Of a DNA stretch of 64,000 nucleotides, positions 54,691 to 64,000 are shown one piece after another. The notes under the pieces were generated by a model. It ran no database searches and had not been told where the DNA came from. It worked only from the letters and a program-made list of their open reading frames with translations. Location: IMG/VR virus record IMGVR_UViG_3300023084_000003. One strand, 5' to 3'. This DNA is from a virus. The position numbers and the translations under genes were made by a program. The first letter of the stretch is position 1. Every line of letters begins with the position of its first letter.

Positions 54691-55766
54691 TGAGTCTACT
54701 AGACAAACTTGTAAAAAATAGTACCATCAAGATGACTGCACCGATTACTGATTCTAAAGTATTCGGTAAGAAAGAAATGGCACCGACACCAGTTCCTATG
54801 GTAAACGTTGCACTATCTGGTAGCATCGATGGAGGATTAACGCCAGGTCTCCTTGTCCTGGCTGGTCCGTCAAAACACTTCAAATCTGCTTTTGCTCTAC
54901 TTATGGCAGCAGCATATTTGAAAAAGAACCCTGATGCGGTTCTTCTATTCTATGACTCAGAGTTTGGTACTCCTACCTCATACTTTGAGTCTTTCGGCAT
55001 TGATATGGATCGTACTGTACACACCCCGATTACCAATGTTGAAGAACTAAAATTTGATATTGTTCAGCAAATGGATAATATTGACAAGGGCGACAAGGTT
55101 GTTGTCGTTATTGATTCGGTAGGTAACCTCGCATCTAAGAAAGAAGTGGAAGACGCACTCGATGGTAAGTCTGTTGCTGATATGTCTCGTGCGAAAGCTC
55201 TTAAATCTTTGTTCCGGATTGTTACGCCACATCTTAACCTTAAAGACATTCCTCTTATCGCTGTTAACCACACCTACAAAGAGATTGGTCTATTCCCTAA
55301 AGATGTCGTGTCTGGTGGTACTGGCATTTATTATAGTGCTGATTCTATTTGGATTATTGGTCGTCAACAAGATAAGGTTGGCACTGAGATTCAAGGCTAC
55401 CACTTCGTAATCAATATCGAGAAATCTCGTCATGTAAAAGAAAAATCTAAGATTCCAATTAGTGTTTCTTGGGACGGCGGTATCGTCAAGTGGTCAGGCT
55501 TGATGGAGATCGCTGAAAAAGGTGGGTACATAACCAAACCCAAAGTAGGCTGGTATGAAGCCATCGATCCAGCCACGGGTGAAGTTTTATCAGAAAAACT
55601 GCTTCGAGCAAAAGAAATTGTTGACAATTCTCAGTTTTGGGATATGATATTTAATAAGACAGACTTTGCAAATTATGTGAAGAATGCTTTCTCTGTCGGA
55701 GGCAGTATTATTATTCCAGATGAAGACAACAATGAAGTGCTAGAAGAAGTGGTTGAGAATGATTGA
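54690..55766 (+). CDS. uvsX: RecA-like recombinase UvsX
   Basis: AGPSKHFKS Walker A, FYDSEFG, IDSVGNL, SGGTG. Confidence 0.96.
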   Translation: MSLLDKLVKNSTIKMTAPITDSKVFGKKEMAPTPVPMVNVALSGSIDGGLTPGLLVLAGPSKHFKSAFALLMAAAYLKKNPDAVLLFYDSEFGTPTSYFESFGIDMDRTVHTPITNVEELKFDIVQQMDNIDKGDKVVVVIDSVGNLASKKEVEDALDGKSVADMSRAKALKSLFRIVTPHLNLKDIPLIAVNHTYKEIGLFPKDVVSGGTGIYYSADSIWIIGRQQDKVGTEIQGYHFVINIEKSRHVKEKSKIPISVSWDGGIVKWSGLMEIAEKGGYITKPKVGWYEAIDPATGEVLSEKLLRAKEIVDNSQFWDMIFNKTDFANYVKNAFSVGGSIIIPDEDNNEVLEEVVEND

Positions 55767-57180
55767 AAAGACGGTACTATCACACCTAATATTTAATGAA
55801 GACTATTATCGCAGAGTGTTCCCCTACATCAAAGGGGAATACTTTGATGATAACAACTTGAAAAAGATATTTGCAACATATTCAGATTATGTAGCAGATT
55901 ACAAAGAGCCTCCTTCTATCGAGGCTCTTAAAATTACTTTAGATAAACGTAAAGATCTCAATGAAGATTCATATAAACAGGTGATGTCTACTGTTGATGA
56001 TTTATCCGTTGACAAAGCAACTGATATCGATTGGCTTGTATCTGAAACCGAAAAGTTCTGTCAGGATAAGGATCTATTCAACTCGATTCGTAAAGCCATC
56101 TTAGTTATTGATGGCGAAGATAAAGAAATGGATAAGGGTGCGTTGCCAGAACTCTTATCGAATTCTTTGTCTATCAGTTTCGATACATCGATCGGCCACG
56201 ACTTCCTTGATGATGCAGATTCTCGTTATGACTTCTATCATCGTAAAGAAGAACGTCTGCCGTTTGATATCGAACTTCTAAACAAAGTTACCAAGGGTGG
56301 CTTACCCCGCAAATCTATGTCTGTTCTCCTTGCTACTACCGGCGGTGGTAAGTCACTCGTTAAATGTCATATGGCAGCAAACTATCTTACACAGGGTAAG
56401 AATGTCGTTTATATCACTATGGAAATGGCTGAAGAACGCATCTCAGAACGCATCGATGCTAACCTGATGGATGTAACTCTTGACGATCTCAAGATCATGC
56501 CACGAGATGTTTATCAAAAGCGTATTGAACGTATTACATCTAAATCGCCCGGCAAACTTATCGTTAAAGAATATCCAACAGGCTCGGCTCATGCCGGACA
56601 CTTCAGACATCTACTCAATGAACTCAAAATGAAACGAGGATTTGTTCCTGATGTTGTCTTTATCGATTACCTTAACATTTGTGCTTCAGCTCGCGTTAAA
56701 GGTGCTGCTGCAGCAAATAGTTACACATTAGTAAAATCAATCGCGGAGGAAATACGTGGACTGGCTATGGAGTTTAATTGTGCAATTGTTACTAGCTCTC
56801 AGTTTAATCGTGATGGTTACGGTAATTCTGATGTTGATCTTACAAATACCTCCGAATCAATGGGTATCACTCATACTGCAGACTGTATTCTTGGATTGAT
56901 ATCATCAGAAGAACTAGATAATCTTGGCCAACTTATGATTAAGCAGCTTAAGAATCGCTGGGGCGATCTTGGTTATTATCGTCGATTCGTTGTAGGTATT
57001 GATCGTGCTAAAATGCAAATCTATGATCTAGAACCTGGAGCTCAGCAAACTATAAGTAGGGATACAGCTCAAGTTGCTAATTCATCGCCAAGAAGTGTAC
57101 TTGATCTGAAACCAGATGATGATATGCCAGTATTCGATAAAGGTAAGAAGAAACTTTTTGCAGCAGGAGATTTCACATGA
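55753..57180 (+). CDS. 41: replicative DnaB-like helicase gp41
   Basis: TTGGGKS, MEMAEE, KEYPT, IDYLNI, SESMG, KQLKNR. Confidence 0.96.
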   Translation: MRMIEKTVLSHLIFNEDYYRRVFPYIKGEYFDDNNLKKIFATYSDYVADYKEPPSIEALKITLDKRKDLNEDSYKQVMSTVDDLSVDKATDIDWLVSETEKFCQDKDLFNSIRKAILVIDGEDKEMDKGALPELLSNSLSISFDTSIGHDFLDDADSRYDFYHRKEERLPFDIELLNKVTKGGLPRKSMSVLLATTGGGKSLVKCHMAANYLTQGKNVVYITMEMAEERISERIDANLMDVTLDDLKIMPRDVYQKRIERITSKSPGKLIVKEYPTGSAHAGHFRHLLNELKMKRGFVPDVVFIDYLNICASARVKGAAAANSYTLVKSIAEEIRGLAMEFNCAIVTSSQFNRDGYGNSDVDLTNTSESMGITHTADCILGLISSEELDNLGQLMIKQLKNRWGDLGYYRRFVVGIDRAKMQIYDLEPGAQQTISRDTAQVANSSPRSVLDLKPDDDMPVFDKGKKKLFAAGDFT

Positions 57181-57368
57181 GTTACATTGTAAAACAATAC
57201 GCAGAGAGATCTTATAGAATCTACGACACATCAAAGGATGAGTACATCAACATAGATCTGTCTCGCCATCGAGCAAATCAAATTGCAAGAAAAATGAATC
57301 TAGGTTCAGGGTTCGACGGGTTTATTCCAGACTTCTTCAATAAGGAATACGTCATTCCTTATAAATAA
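57177..57368 (+). CDS. hypothetical protein
   Basis: 63 aa; LGSGFDGFIP-x-FF motif; coupled to gp41. Confidence 0.7.
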   Translation: MSYIVKQYAERSYRIYDTSKDEYINIDLSRHRANQIARKMNLGSGFDGFIPDFFNKEYVIPYK

Positions 57369-57395
57369 CAATAAAACAATTACCGGAAAAAGACA

Positions 57396-58184
57396 ATGAA
57401 ATCCTTTAAGAGTTTTATTGGTGAAGAGCTGGAGCTATTGCTTATGTCTGCAAGATCTGATAAATACGAAGCCGATGTAGCAGACTATATTAATAGCATG
57501 AACGGTGTCACCGCATCTCGTCCTAAAGTTAGCACAAAATATGCAGACGTAAAAACAGAATTCAATCGTAAGAAAACATGGATTGAAGTCAAGATGAATC
57601 ATACAGACAATCTTGGCAATACTCGTGTTTCTTATATTGATGGTAAGTGGACTGCAGCAGCACCTCTAGATCCTGTTAAACAGTTTGCTATAGAGTATCT
57701 TTCTAAAGATCGCCAGACGCAACAATTCCTTAAAGACGTTGCAGAATTTGCCGGTGTTAAGAACTGGAAAGATATGACCGTTCCTTCTACTCAAGGTCCT
57801 TTGAAAAATAAGAATGCTGTTTCATATGAAAAGATGAAAGAGTATATGAGTAAAAGAACACAGTATATTCTTGACGTTAAGAATGTAGATCTAGGCGAGC
57901 TTGTTACTCGTCACTATCTAGAAGGTAAAGCAGAGCCTGCACACTATATGCAAGCGGGTGATGACTTCTATATGATCGGTAAAAAGAATCCTCTTGGCCT
58001 ACCAGTTGATATTCCGGAGCTAGGTAGAAAAGGTCAGTGCATGGGTTCATTTAGAATGCGTATTGGTATTCGTGGTAGCAAACCTTATTACGAAATTCAA
58101 CCTGAAATAAAAATCAATAATATGCCAACATCGGCGTATTCAATCAAACCAGGAACTCGTAAGAAGAATCCATTCGCGGTGTAA
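57396..58184 (+). CDS. putative capsid-internal protein with a PD-(D/E)xK nuclease-like motif
   Basis: N-terminus MKSFKSFIGEE resembles the T4 capsid targeting sequence; YADV...WIEVK; late promoter at 57360-57367. Confidence 0.55.
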   Translation: MKSFKSFIGEELELLLMSARSDKYEADVADYINSMNGVTASRPKVSTKYADVKTEFNRKKTWIEVKMNHTDNLGNTRVSYIDGKWTAAAPLDPVKQFAIEYLSKDRQTQQFLKDVAEFAGVKNWKDMTVPSTQGPLKNKNAVSYEKMKEYMSKRTQYILDVKNVDLGELVTRHYLEGKAEPAHYMQAGDDFYMIGKKNPLGLPVDIPELGRKGQCMGSFRMRIGIRGSKPYYEIQPEIKINNMPTSAYSIKPGTRKKNPFAV

Positions 58185-58185
58185 T

Positions 58186-59415
58186 ATGCTTAGATTTAAA
58201 CAATATCTTTCCGAATCAAAAAACGTCCACATGGAACACCTCGAAGATTCTATCTTGAATCTCGGTGTTGATGGTACTCGTACTGCTATTAACTTTCTAA
58301 GAGCATTGAGAGATATGCTCGATGGTACATCAGCAAAGGCTGTTAATGTAACAGTAAAGTGGGATGGTGCTCCTGCTGTATTTGCCGGTAAAGATCCAAG
58401 CGATGGTAAATTCTTCGTCGCTAAGAAAGGTATTTTTAATAAGAATCCAAAGGTCTATAAGACCAATGCTGATATTGACGCCGATACAAAAGGCGACTTA
58501 AATGTGAAGTTGAAACTGGCCCTTGCTGAACTACCAAAGCTCGGTATAGAGGGTGTAGTACAGGGTGATTTTCTATATGCGAAAGAAGATATTAAAGAAA
58601 CTACAATTGATGGAGAGCCGTATATTACTTTTCATCCTAACACGATTGTTTACGCGGTACCTAAAAACTCGGACCTCGCAAAACAGATTCTCGGATCCAA
58701 GATCGGAGTGGTCTGGCATACTACATACCGAGGATCAAGCTTTGAAGAAATGTCTGCAAGTTTTGGAGAGGAGATTGCATCTGGCCTCAATCAAACAAAA
58801 TCGGTCTGGTCGGTAGATGCAGTCTATAAAGATGTTTCCGGTACTGCAACATTTACCAAGAAAGAAAGTGCAGAAGTAACTAAACTACTATCTGCTGCTG
58901 GTAAGAAATTCAATACAATTAAAGCGCCAACACTTAATGGTATCGCTAAGAATGAAGATACCTTAATTAAAATCAAAACCTTTGTCAATAGTAAAGTAAG
59001 AGCCGGTGAAAGAATCAGAGATCCAAAAAGATTTGCTAAGGATCTGGTTCAATACATCGATGACTATTACGAGAAGCAGGCTGCGGGTCGTAAGACTGAA
59101 AAAGGTAAGGCCGGACAAAGAGCCAAGAAAGACGCAACACTAGAGTACTTTAATAGAACGCCAGAGTCTCAGATTGTTGCAGTATTCGAATTATATAATC
59201 TACTTATCGACGCAAAACATTTAATCATTCGTAAACTAGATAAAGCAAAGCGTATCGGTACATTTTTGAAAACTGCTGATGGATATGAAGTAACAGAGCA
59301 AGAAGGTTTTGTTGCAATCGATCATACGGGTAAAAACTCTGTTAAGCTTGTTGATCGTCTTGAGTTTAGTAATGCTAACTTCTCAGACAAATATATCAAA
59401 GGGTGGCAGAAATAA
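58186..59415 (+). CDS. conserved T4-like protein (DUF6267-like), possible capsid-internal protein
   Basis: MLRFKQYLSES N-terminus; KNVHMEHLED, TVKWDGAPA, KLVDRLEFS. Confidence 0.65.
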   Translation: MLRFKQYLSESKNVHMEHLEDSILNLGVDGTRTAINFLRALRDMLDGTSAKAVNVTVKWDGAPAVFAGKDPSDGKFFVAKKGIFNKNPKVYKTNADIDADTKGDLNVKLKLALAELPKLGIEGVVQGDFLYAKEDIKETTIDGEPYITFHPNTIVYAVPKNSDLAKQILGSKIGVVWHTTYRGSSFEEMSASFGEEIASGLNQTKSVWSVDAVYKDVSGTATFTKKESAEVTKLLSAAGKKFNTIKAPTLNGIAKNEDTLIKIKTFVNSKVRAGERIRDPKRFAKDLVQYIDDYYEKQAAGRKTEKGKAGQRAKKDATLEYFNRTPESQIVAVFELYNLLIDAKHLIIRKLDKAKRIGTFLKTADGYEVTEQEGFVAIDHTGKNSVKLVDRLEFSNANFSDKYIKGWQK

Positions 59416-59795
59416 TGGCAAATATTCATTATCTTAAAAGAGCAGCAGGTGAAGCTGTAGTTAAAATTTACACCACAGAGTCTGCGGGAGAAACCATTGA
59501 CTTAGACATAGCAAACCTAGCAGCTGCTGACGAAACATTTGATGCTAATACGGCTCACGTTGCATTTCGCGAAATATTTTGGGGTGCTAAGAAAGATAAG
59601 CAAATAGATATTTCTCGTAAACAGCGCGGAGGATCTGACGTTCATGGTCATTATTATTTCACAGATTCAGGTTCGTATGACTACACTGGATTTGTAGATG
59701 ATGTCTATCCAGATTGGGATGTTCGAGTAGTGTTAGATGGTCCAGGCCACGTTATTCTTAAACTTATTAAGAAAGAAGGCTACACTACAAGCTAG
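59415..59795 (+). CDS. hypothetical protein
   Basis: MANIHYLK... start at ATG 59415 overlapping the upstream stop (track ORF starts at 59403). Confidence 0.7.
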   Translation: MANIHYLKRAAGEAVVKIYTTESAGETIDLDIANLAAADETFDANTAHVAFREIFWGAKKDKQIDISRKQRGGSDVHGHYYFTDSGSYDYTGFVDDVYPDWDVRVVLDGPGHVILKLIKKEGYTTS

Positions 59796-59934
59796 TCACT
59801 TTCTGCATAGCGGGTTTACCAAATTGGTAACCCTTATTTACCAATTTTCCTAATAAATATATTTGTAAAAGGGCTAAAGCTAAGCGGTCGCTTAGAGCCG
59901 GATCACATACATACATATACATTAGGAGAATCAA

Positions 59935-60177
59935 ATGACACAAGCTATCTTGGCAGCAAGTCATGCGCTCCACATAGACGCACTATTCGATTGGGTTCGT
60001 GATCTAAGTAGAGCATATGTCAGGCAGAGAAATATTCAAATCACTAAGAAAGAACTGGGTGCTCTTACCGACAGAGAGTTGTGGGATATTGGAATTAGCC
60101 GCGGCGAAATTCACGATATCGCTGTATCATCTTTTCCGAAAGCAAAATCAAACGACAATTTGAAGGGATGGGTCTAA
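59935..60177 (+). CDS. DUF1127 (YjiS-like) small protein
   Basis: TKKELGALTDRELWDIGISRGEI matches the DUF1127 signature; AGGAG RBS. Confidence 0.88.
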   Translation: MTQAILAASHALHIDALFDWVRDLSRAYVRQRNIQITKKELGALTDRELWDIGISRGEIHDIAVSSFPKAKSNDNLKGWV

Positions 60178-60353
60178 TGACAGCAGCAGTAATGAAATAC
60201 ACTTTCGCGCCACTACAAGGATTTTGGACAGGCTTTAGTAATTTCTGCGAAGTAGCAGGATATTCAAGAGCAGCAGCACACCTTGCTTCACTAGGTTATT
60301 ACGACGAAGCAAAGAATTGCATGATGCAAATTGAGAAGATTAAGAACAGATAA
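60177..60353 (+). CDS. small hypothetical protein coupled to the DUF1127 gene
   Basis: TAATG coupling; GYSRAAAHLASLGY. Confidence 0.7.
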   Translation: MTAAVMKYTFAPLQGFWTGFSNFCEVAGYSRAAAHLASLGYYDEAKNCMMQIEKIKNR

Positions 60354-60375
60354 GTTCTATAAAAGTTGAATAAAT

Positions 60376-60398
60376 AAAGGGGCTGCGGCCCCTTTTTT
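60376..60398 (+). terminator. intrinsic terminator
   Basis: AAAGGGGC-TGCG-GCCCCTTTTTT. Confidence 0.85.
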
Positions 60399-60417
60399 AA
60401 TATGATGAGGCTATATA

Positions 60418-61065
60418 ATGTACATACCTAAATTTAATTCTTATTTCATTCATATACCTAAGTGTGGTGGTTCTTCTATAGAGCAATACTTCTTTAATCT
60501 AGATGGACTATATCCTAATATGGAAAACGTATTTGGATCTCTTGGTAGGGAAGTAGGAAGTAAGTATCATTTTGGTAATTATGTACGTGGACTTCAACAT
60601 TCAGAAACTCAGCATCTGAGTGTATGGGATTGCAGAAGATATCAAGTAAACGATTTTTTAAACTCAAATTATAAGTTTGCTTTTGTAAGAAATCCTTGGC
60701 ATCGATTTGTATCCGAGGTTCATTGGAAAAGAAAGCATTTGCGCATGACAAATCACTCATTCCAGGATCAAATAGAAATGCAAAAGCGTTTCGCCGATAA
60801 TAACCTAAGCAACAATCTTAGGCCTCACAACACTCCCCAATGGAAATTTGTATTCAATGAAGAAGGTAAGCTTGCCGTTGATGACGTATTCAAATTAGAA
60901 GAAATAGATAAAGCTGAAAAGAGACTATCAGAGGTATTCGGGGTAGAAGTAAAATTTCCGCATGTAAATAAAACAGAAAAGAAAAATTACGAAATCGATC
61001 AAGGAATAAAAAATCAACTTCTTCCTTTGATCAAAACAGATTTGGAGGTATTCGGATATGAATAA
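60418..61065 (+). CDS. sulfotransferase family 2 protein
   Basis: FIHIPKCGGSS (5'-PSB motif), FVRNPWHRFVS (3'-PB motif). Confidence 0.85.
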   Translation: MYIPKFNSYFIHIPKCGGSSIEQYFFNLDGLYPNMENVFGSLGREVGSKYHFGNYVRGLQHSETQHLSVWDCRRYQVNDFLNSNYKFAFVRNPWHRFVSEVHWKRKHLRMTNHSFQDQIEMQKRFADNNLSNNLRPHNTPQWKFVFNEEGKLAVDDVFKLEEIDKAEKRLSEVFGVEVKFPHVNKTEKKNYEIDQGIKNQLLPLIKTDLEVFGYE

Positions 61066-61759
61066 AACTATCTGGATGTACTGGCACGACGGGTTTGAAA
61101 ACTCACCAGCAATTACTCAAGAATGTTTAAAGAGTTGGAAGAAATGGAATCCTGATTATGAAGTGGTTGAATTGAATAATGAAAATTTAAAAGATTATAT
61201 TGATTATCCAATTGCTCAGCCAAAATCGCTAGCAGCAAGATCTGATATTATAAGAATTAATTTACTTAAAGAGCACGGTGGTATCTGGTCAGATGCTACC
61301 GTTTTATGTAATAGGCCGTTGAAGGAATGGGTGCATATGTATGATAAACAAGGATTCTGGGCCTTCTCAGATCCTACACCAGCCAATATGATATGCAGTT
61401 GGTTTCTCGTAGGTGATAAAGATAACCATATAGTTAAAACCTTCTGTGATGAAGTCAATAAATATTGGGACAACGGTAGACAAAAGCCAGATGTGTATCT
61501 TTGGTTTCATGGTATATTCGATCATCTATTTCATGTTGATCCGATATTTAAAGATCAATGGGTACTAGCTTCTAAGTATAAAGCTAACTGGCAGCCAATG
61601 GCAAAGGATGGAACAAATCCACATTACTTTGCACCTTATATAAAGGAAAGATTAGATCAACTACCATTTAAAGACATGACGGCTCCTCTTTACAAATTAA
61701 CAAGAGGCCAGTCTAATATGTTAATGAACAACAAACTGATAAAGGGATTATTGATATGA
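61058..61759 (+). CDS. capsular polysaccharide synthesis / GT32-like glycosyltransferase
   Basis: IWMYW, SW...NPDY, SDIIR-x-x-LL-x-x-HGGIWSDAT. Confidence 0.85.
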   Translation: MNKTIWMYWHDGFENSPAITQECLKSWKKWNPDYEVVELNNENLKDYIDYPIAQPKSLAARSDIIRINLLKEHGGIWSDATVLCNRPLKEWVHMYDKQGFWAFSDPTPANMICSWFLVGDKDNHIVKTFCDEVNKYWDNGRQKPDVYLWFHGIFDHLFHVDPIFKDQWVLASKYKANWQPMAKDGTNPHYFAPYIKERLDQLPFKDMTAPLYKLTRGQSNMLMNNKLIKGLLI

Positions 61760-62478
61760 AGGTTGAAAAGACCTATATTGTGAGAATTGACACCGAGATG
61801 TCAAAACGTTACGCAGCAGATACAGCAAAGTCGTGTGACAATCTCGGTATTGAATGGGAATATTATGATGGCTATAACGTAAGAACTGGCCAGCAAGAAA
61901 TCTATCAATGGCAAAACTTTGCAGAGACTGCAGGAGTTAGAGTTGAAAAAGTAAAACGCATGCAGCCAGGCGCTGCCGGTTGCACTATGAGCCATCTTGC
62001 TTTGTGGAAAAAGATTGCTGATAATCATGAATGTGCTGTAATCTTAGAACATGATGCTATAATGCTTCATCCATTGACATTGGATATTCCAGATGGTAAG
62101 ATTATCCATATGGGTTATAAGTATCCAGACTATGAAAAATATAATGCGAAGGTAGCTGGTCCTCCCAAACGTATTGTTGATATGGCGTTTGCTCCTGGTT
62201 CTCATGCCTATGCACTTACTTGGAGAACTGCTCAGAAACTCGTACAAGATTGTGAGAGGGAAGGTATTACAGAAGCAATTGATAATCGACACTTTATGCA
62301 TACAAGAGCAAACTATACAAAGGTTCCTATTGCTATGACTGATCCAATTTGTGCTATGGGATGGTTAAGAGATTCTACTATCTGGGGTAGAAGTGCAATT
62401 CATAACAACACTGGTCAAATGTTAGAATCATTCAAGACCAACTTTGCGGCATCGGTAATGCCTCATGATTATAAATAG
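61756..62478 (+). CDS. glycosyltransferase family 25-like
   Basis: GCTMSHLALWKKI...VILEHDA...HAYAL. Confidence 0.8.
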   Translation: MKVEKTYIVRIDTEMSKRYAADTAKSCDNLGIEWEYYDGYNVRTGQQEIYQWQNFAETAGVRVEKVKRMQPGAAGCTMSHLALWKKIADNHECAVILEHDAIMLHPLTLDIPDGKIIHMGYKYPDYEKYNAKVAGPPKRIVDMAFAPGSHAYALTWRTAQKLVQDCEREGITEAIDNRHFMHTRANYTKVPIAMTDPICAMGWLRDSTIWGRSAIHNNTGQMLESFKTNFAASVMPHDYK

Positions 62479-62510
62479 AAAAAAGCTTTACATGAAAACA
62501 AGGTAGACTC

Positions 62511-64000
62511 ATGTCTGACAAGGCAAAAGATAAAAAGAAAAAGGTGAAAGGCTTTAAGGAATTTGATCCTGGCCAATACATCGACGTAGAACCAAGACTA
62601 GATGAAGCAAAGAAAGGCACTGCAGTATTTGCATGGGGTCGTATGAATCCTATGACTGCAGGTCACGAGAAACTGGTGCAGAAAGTAATCTCAGTTGCTC
62701 GTTCAGAAAAAGGCATGCCTCATATCTTTCTAACACATTCATTTGATAAAAAGAAGAATCCTCTTGCTTATGGCGACAAGATTAGATTTGCTCAGAAAGC
62801 ATTCGGTCCTATTGTAAAAAAATCAGATGCTAAAACAATCTTTCAACTTATGAAGCAACTTGAAAGAAACTTCAATAGAGTTGTATTGATTGCTGGATCA
62901 GATAGAGTAAAAGAGTTCGAGTCTGTCTTAAGCAAATACAACGGCAAAGAATATAATTTCGATGAGATTAAAGTAGTCTCAGCCGGCGCTAGAGATCCAG
63001 ATGCAGACGACGTCTCAGGTATCTCAGGTACTAAAATGCGTGAATATGCGGCATCAGATATGAAAAAATTTCAATCCAATTTACCAGCTAAACTCAAAGG
63101 CGACGCAGAAGAGATTGCAAAAGCCGTTAGAAAAGGTATGAACATGTCAGAAGATAACGAATCATTTGAAGGCGAACAACTAGACGAAATCCTAAATCGT
63201 CAACAACGCCGTAAGCGTGCATTGCTCATGAAACGCATGAAACATAAAATCAAGCGTGGACAAGAGAAAGCAAAGCATAGAACTGCTACTATGGAGACTC
63301 TGAAGAAGAGAGCACGTAAACAAGCTATTATGAATCTAAAGCAAAGATTCTCAAAGAATAGAAGATTCGCTGAGTTATCAGCTGGCGAAAAAGAAGTAAT
63401 CGAAAAGCGCATTTCAAAGATCTCAAAGAAAAGAATTGAGATGATGGCTCGTAAACTTCTACCTAAGGTAAAACAAAATGAAAGAGATCGTCGTAAGGCT
63501 ATGGTTAAAAAAGAGGATGTCGATCTAAACTCTCGTTTTGAAACATTCATGGAAGATTATTATAAAGGTGTTCCAAAGGATAAGAAAGACGACCGCGAAG
63601 CGCACTTTAAAAAGTATGCTGAGAAGCCAGGTGACAAAGGAGCGGACAAAGATTCTAACTATAAGGATGCACCGGGCGACATCGGTAAAGATGGTGAAAG
63701 AGTCAAAACAAAACTTTCTAAGCATACTAAGAAATATCGTCAGATGTATGGTGAAGATCTAAACGAGTGGGTATGCGGTGTATGTCATGCCGAGCCATGC
63801 ATGTGTGAAGGTGATGGCTCAGAGCCATTGCATGAAATGTGGGGATCATATGTAACTAAACGTCCTCATATGCTAATGGATAAGAATGGTAAAGTTAAGT
63901 TCGACAAACGCTTTAAGATGTATAAACAAAAGCCAGACCTTACAGAAGAGTTGGTAAATCTAGTTGAATCTACAGAAGATTTTGCTCTTGAGCTTAATGA
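62511..64000 (+). CDS. cytidylyltransferase/nucleotidyltransferase-like domain plus long charged extension (partial, runs off the window)
   Basis: Manual translation FAWGRMNPMTAGHEKL, AGSDRV, SAGARDPD, ISGTKMR; frame appears open to the window end; late promoter at 62470-62477; absent from the ORF track because it is incomplete. Confidence 0.8.
   Translation, partial: MSDKAKDKKKKVKGFKEFDPGQYIDVEPRLDEAKKGTAVFAWGRMNPMTAGHEKLVQKVISVARSEKGMPHIFLTHSFDKKKNPLAYGDKIRFAQKAFGPIVKKSDAKTIFQLMKQLERNFNRVVLIAGSDRVKEFESVLSKYNGKEYNFDEIKVVSAGARDPDADDVSGISGTKMREYAASDMKKFQSNLPAKLKGDAEEIAKAVRKGMNMSEDNESFEGEQLDEILNRQQRRKRALLMKRMKHKIKRGQEKAKHRTATMETLKKRARKQAIMNLKQRFSKNRRFAELSAGEKEVIEKRISKISKKRIEMMARKLLPKVKQNERDRRKAMVKKEDVDLNSRFETFMEDYYKGVPKDKKDDREAHFKKYAEKPGDKGADKDSNYKDAPGDIGKDGERVKTKLSKHTKKYRQMYGEDLNEWVCGVCHAEPCMCEGDGSEPLHEMWGSYVTKRPHMLMDKNGKVKFDKRFKMYKQKPDLTEELVNLVESTEDFALELN

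Noticed and set aside
31512-57180. Introns or inteins in topoisomerase, gp43, uvsW, uvsX or gp41
   Set aside because: All are continuous ORFs of normal length with no intein C1/HN-C motifs or homing endonuclease insertions.
60354-60417. CcsR-like sRNA repeats downstream of DUF1127, as in Rhodobacter
   Set aside because: No CCUCCUCCC-loop hairpins are present, only a single terminator.
63200-63762. Track ORFs 63200..63550, 63525..63725 and 63538..63762
   Set aside because: They overlap the long open frame starting at 62511, which has clear nucleotidyltransferase motifs.
1-64000. CRISPR array, DGR, integrase or IS element
   Set aside because: I saw no regularly spaced direct repeats, reverse transcriptase, recombinase or transposase motifs by eye.
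1-64000. Stop-codon reassignment, considered because of tRNA and tmRNA carriage
   Set aside because: Core genes are full length under the standard code, TAA, TAG and TGA all end genes, and neither tRNA is a suppressor.

Overview
This is a 64-kb segment of a large T4-like (myovirus) phage genome. It carries topoisomerase II (gp39/60, gp52), gp3, UvsY, UvsW, gp55, gp47/46, gp43, gp33, gp59, gp32, UvsX and gp41, plus many TTGACA-N16/17 early promoters and TATAAATA late promoters. The host is inferred to be a marine alphaproteobacterium, based on a two-piece alpha-type tmRNA, a DUF1127 gene, a hemO-pcyX-like cassette and a porin. Accessory content includes a ~13-kb minus-strand run joining tail-fibre-like genes to radical SAM, glycosyltransferase, methyltransferase, desaturase, SGNH, TauD and 2OG-Fe(II) enzymes. 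It also includes a cluster of secreted pilin/chaperone-like proteins, two tRNAs, a Pho-box-preceded PiT-like transporter and tiny Cys-rich ORFs. Two observations stand out. First, a circularly permuted tmRNA gene has an intervening segment that is expanded and contains a 43-aa Trp-rich ORF with its own RBS. Second, a stand-alone ~390-nt highly structured RNA with its own promoter and terminator matches no family I recognise. All assignments come from manual motif reading; no database searches were run.
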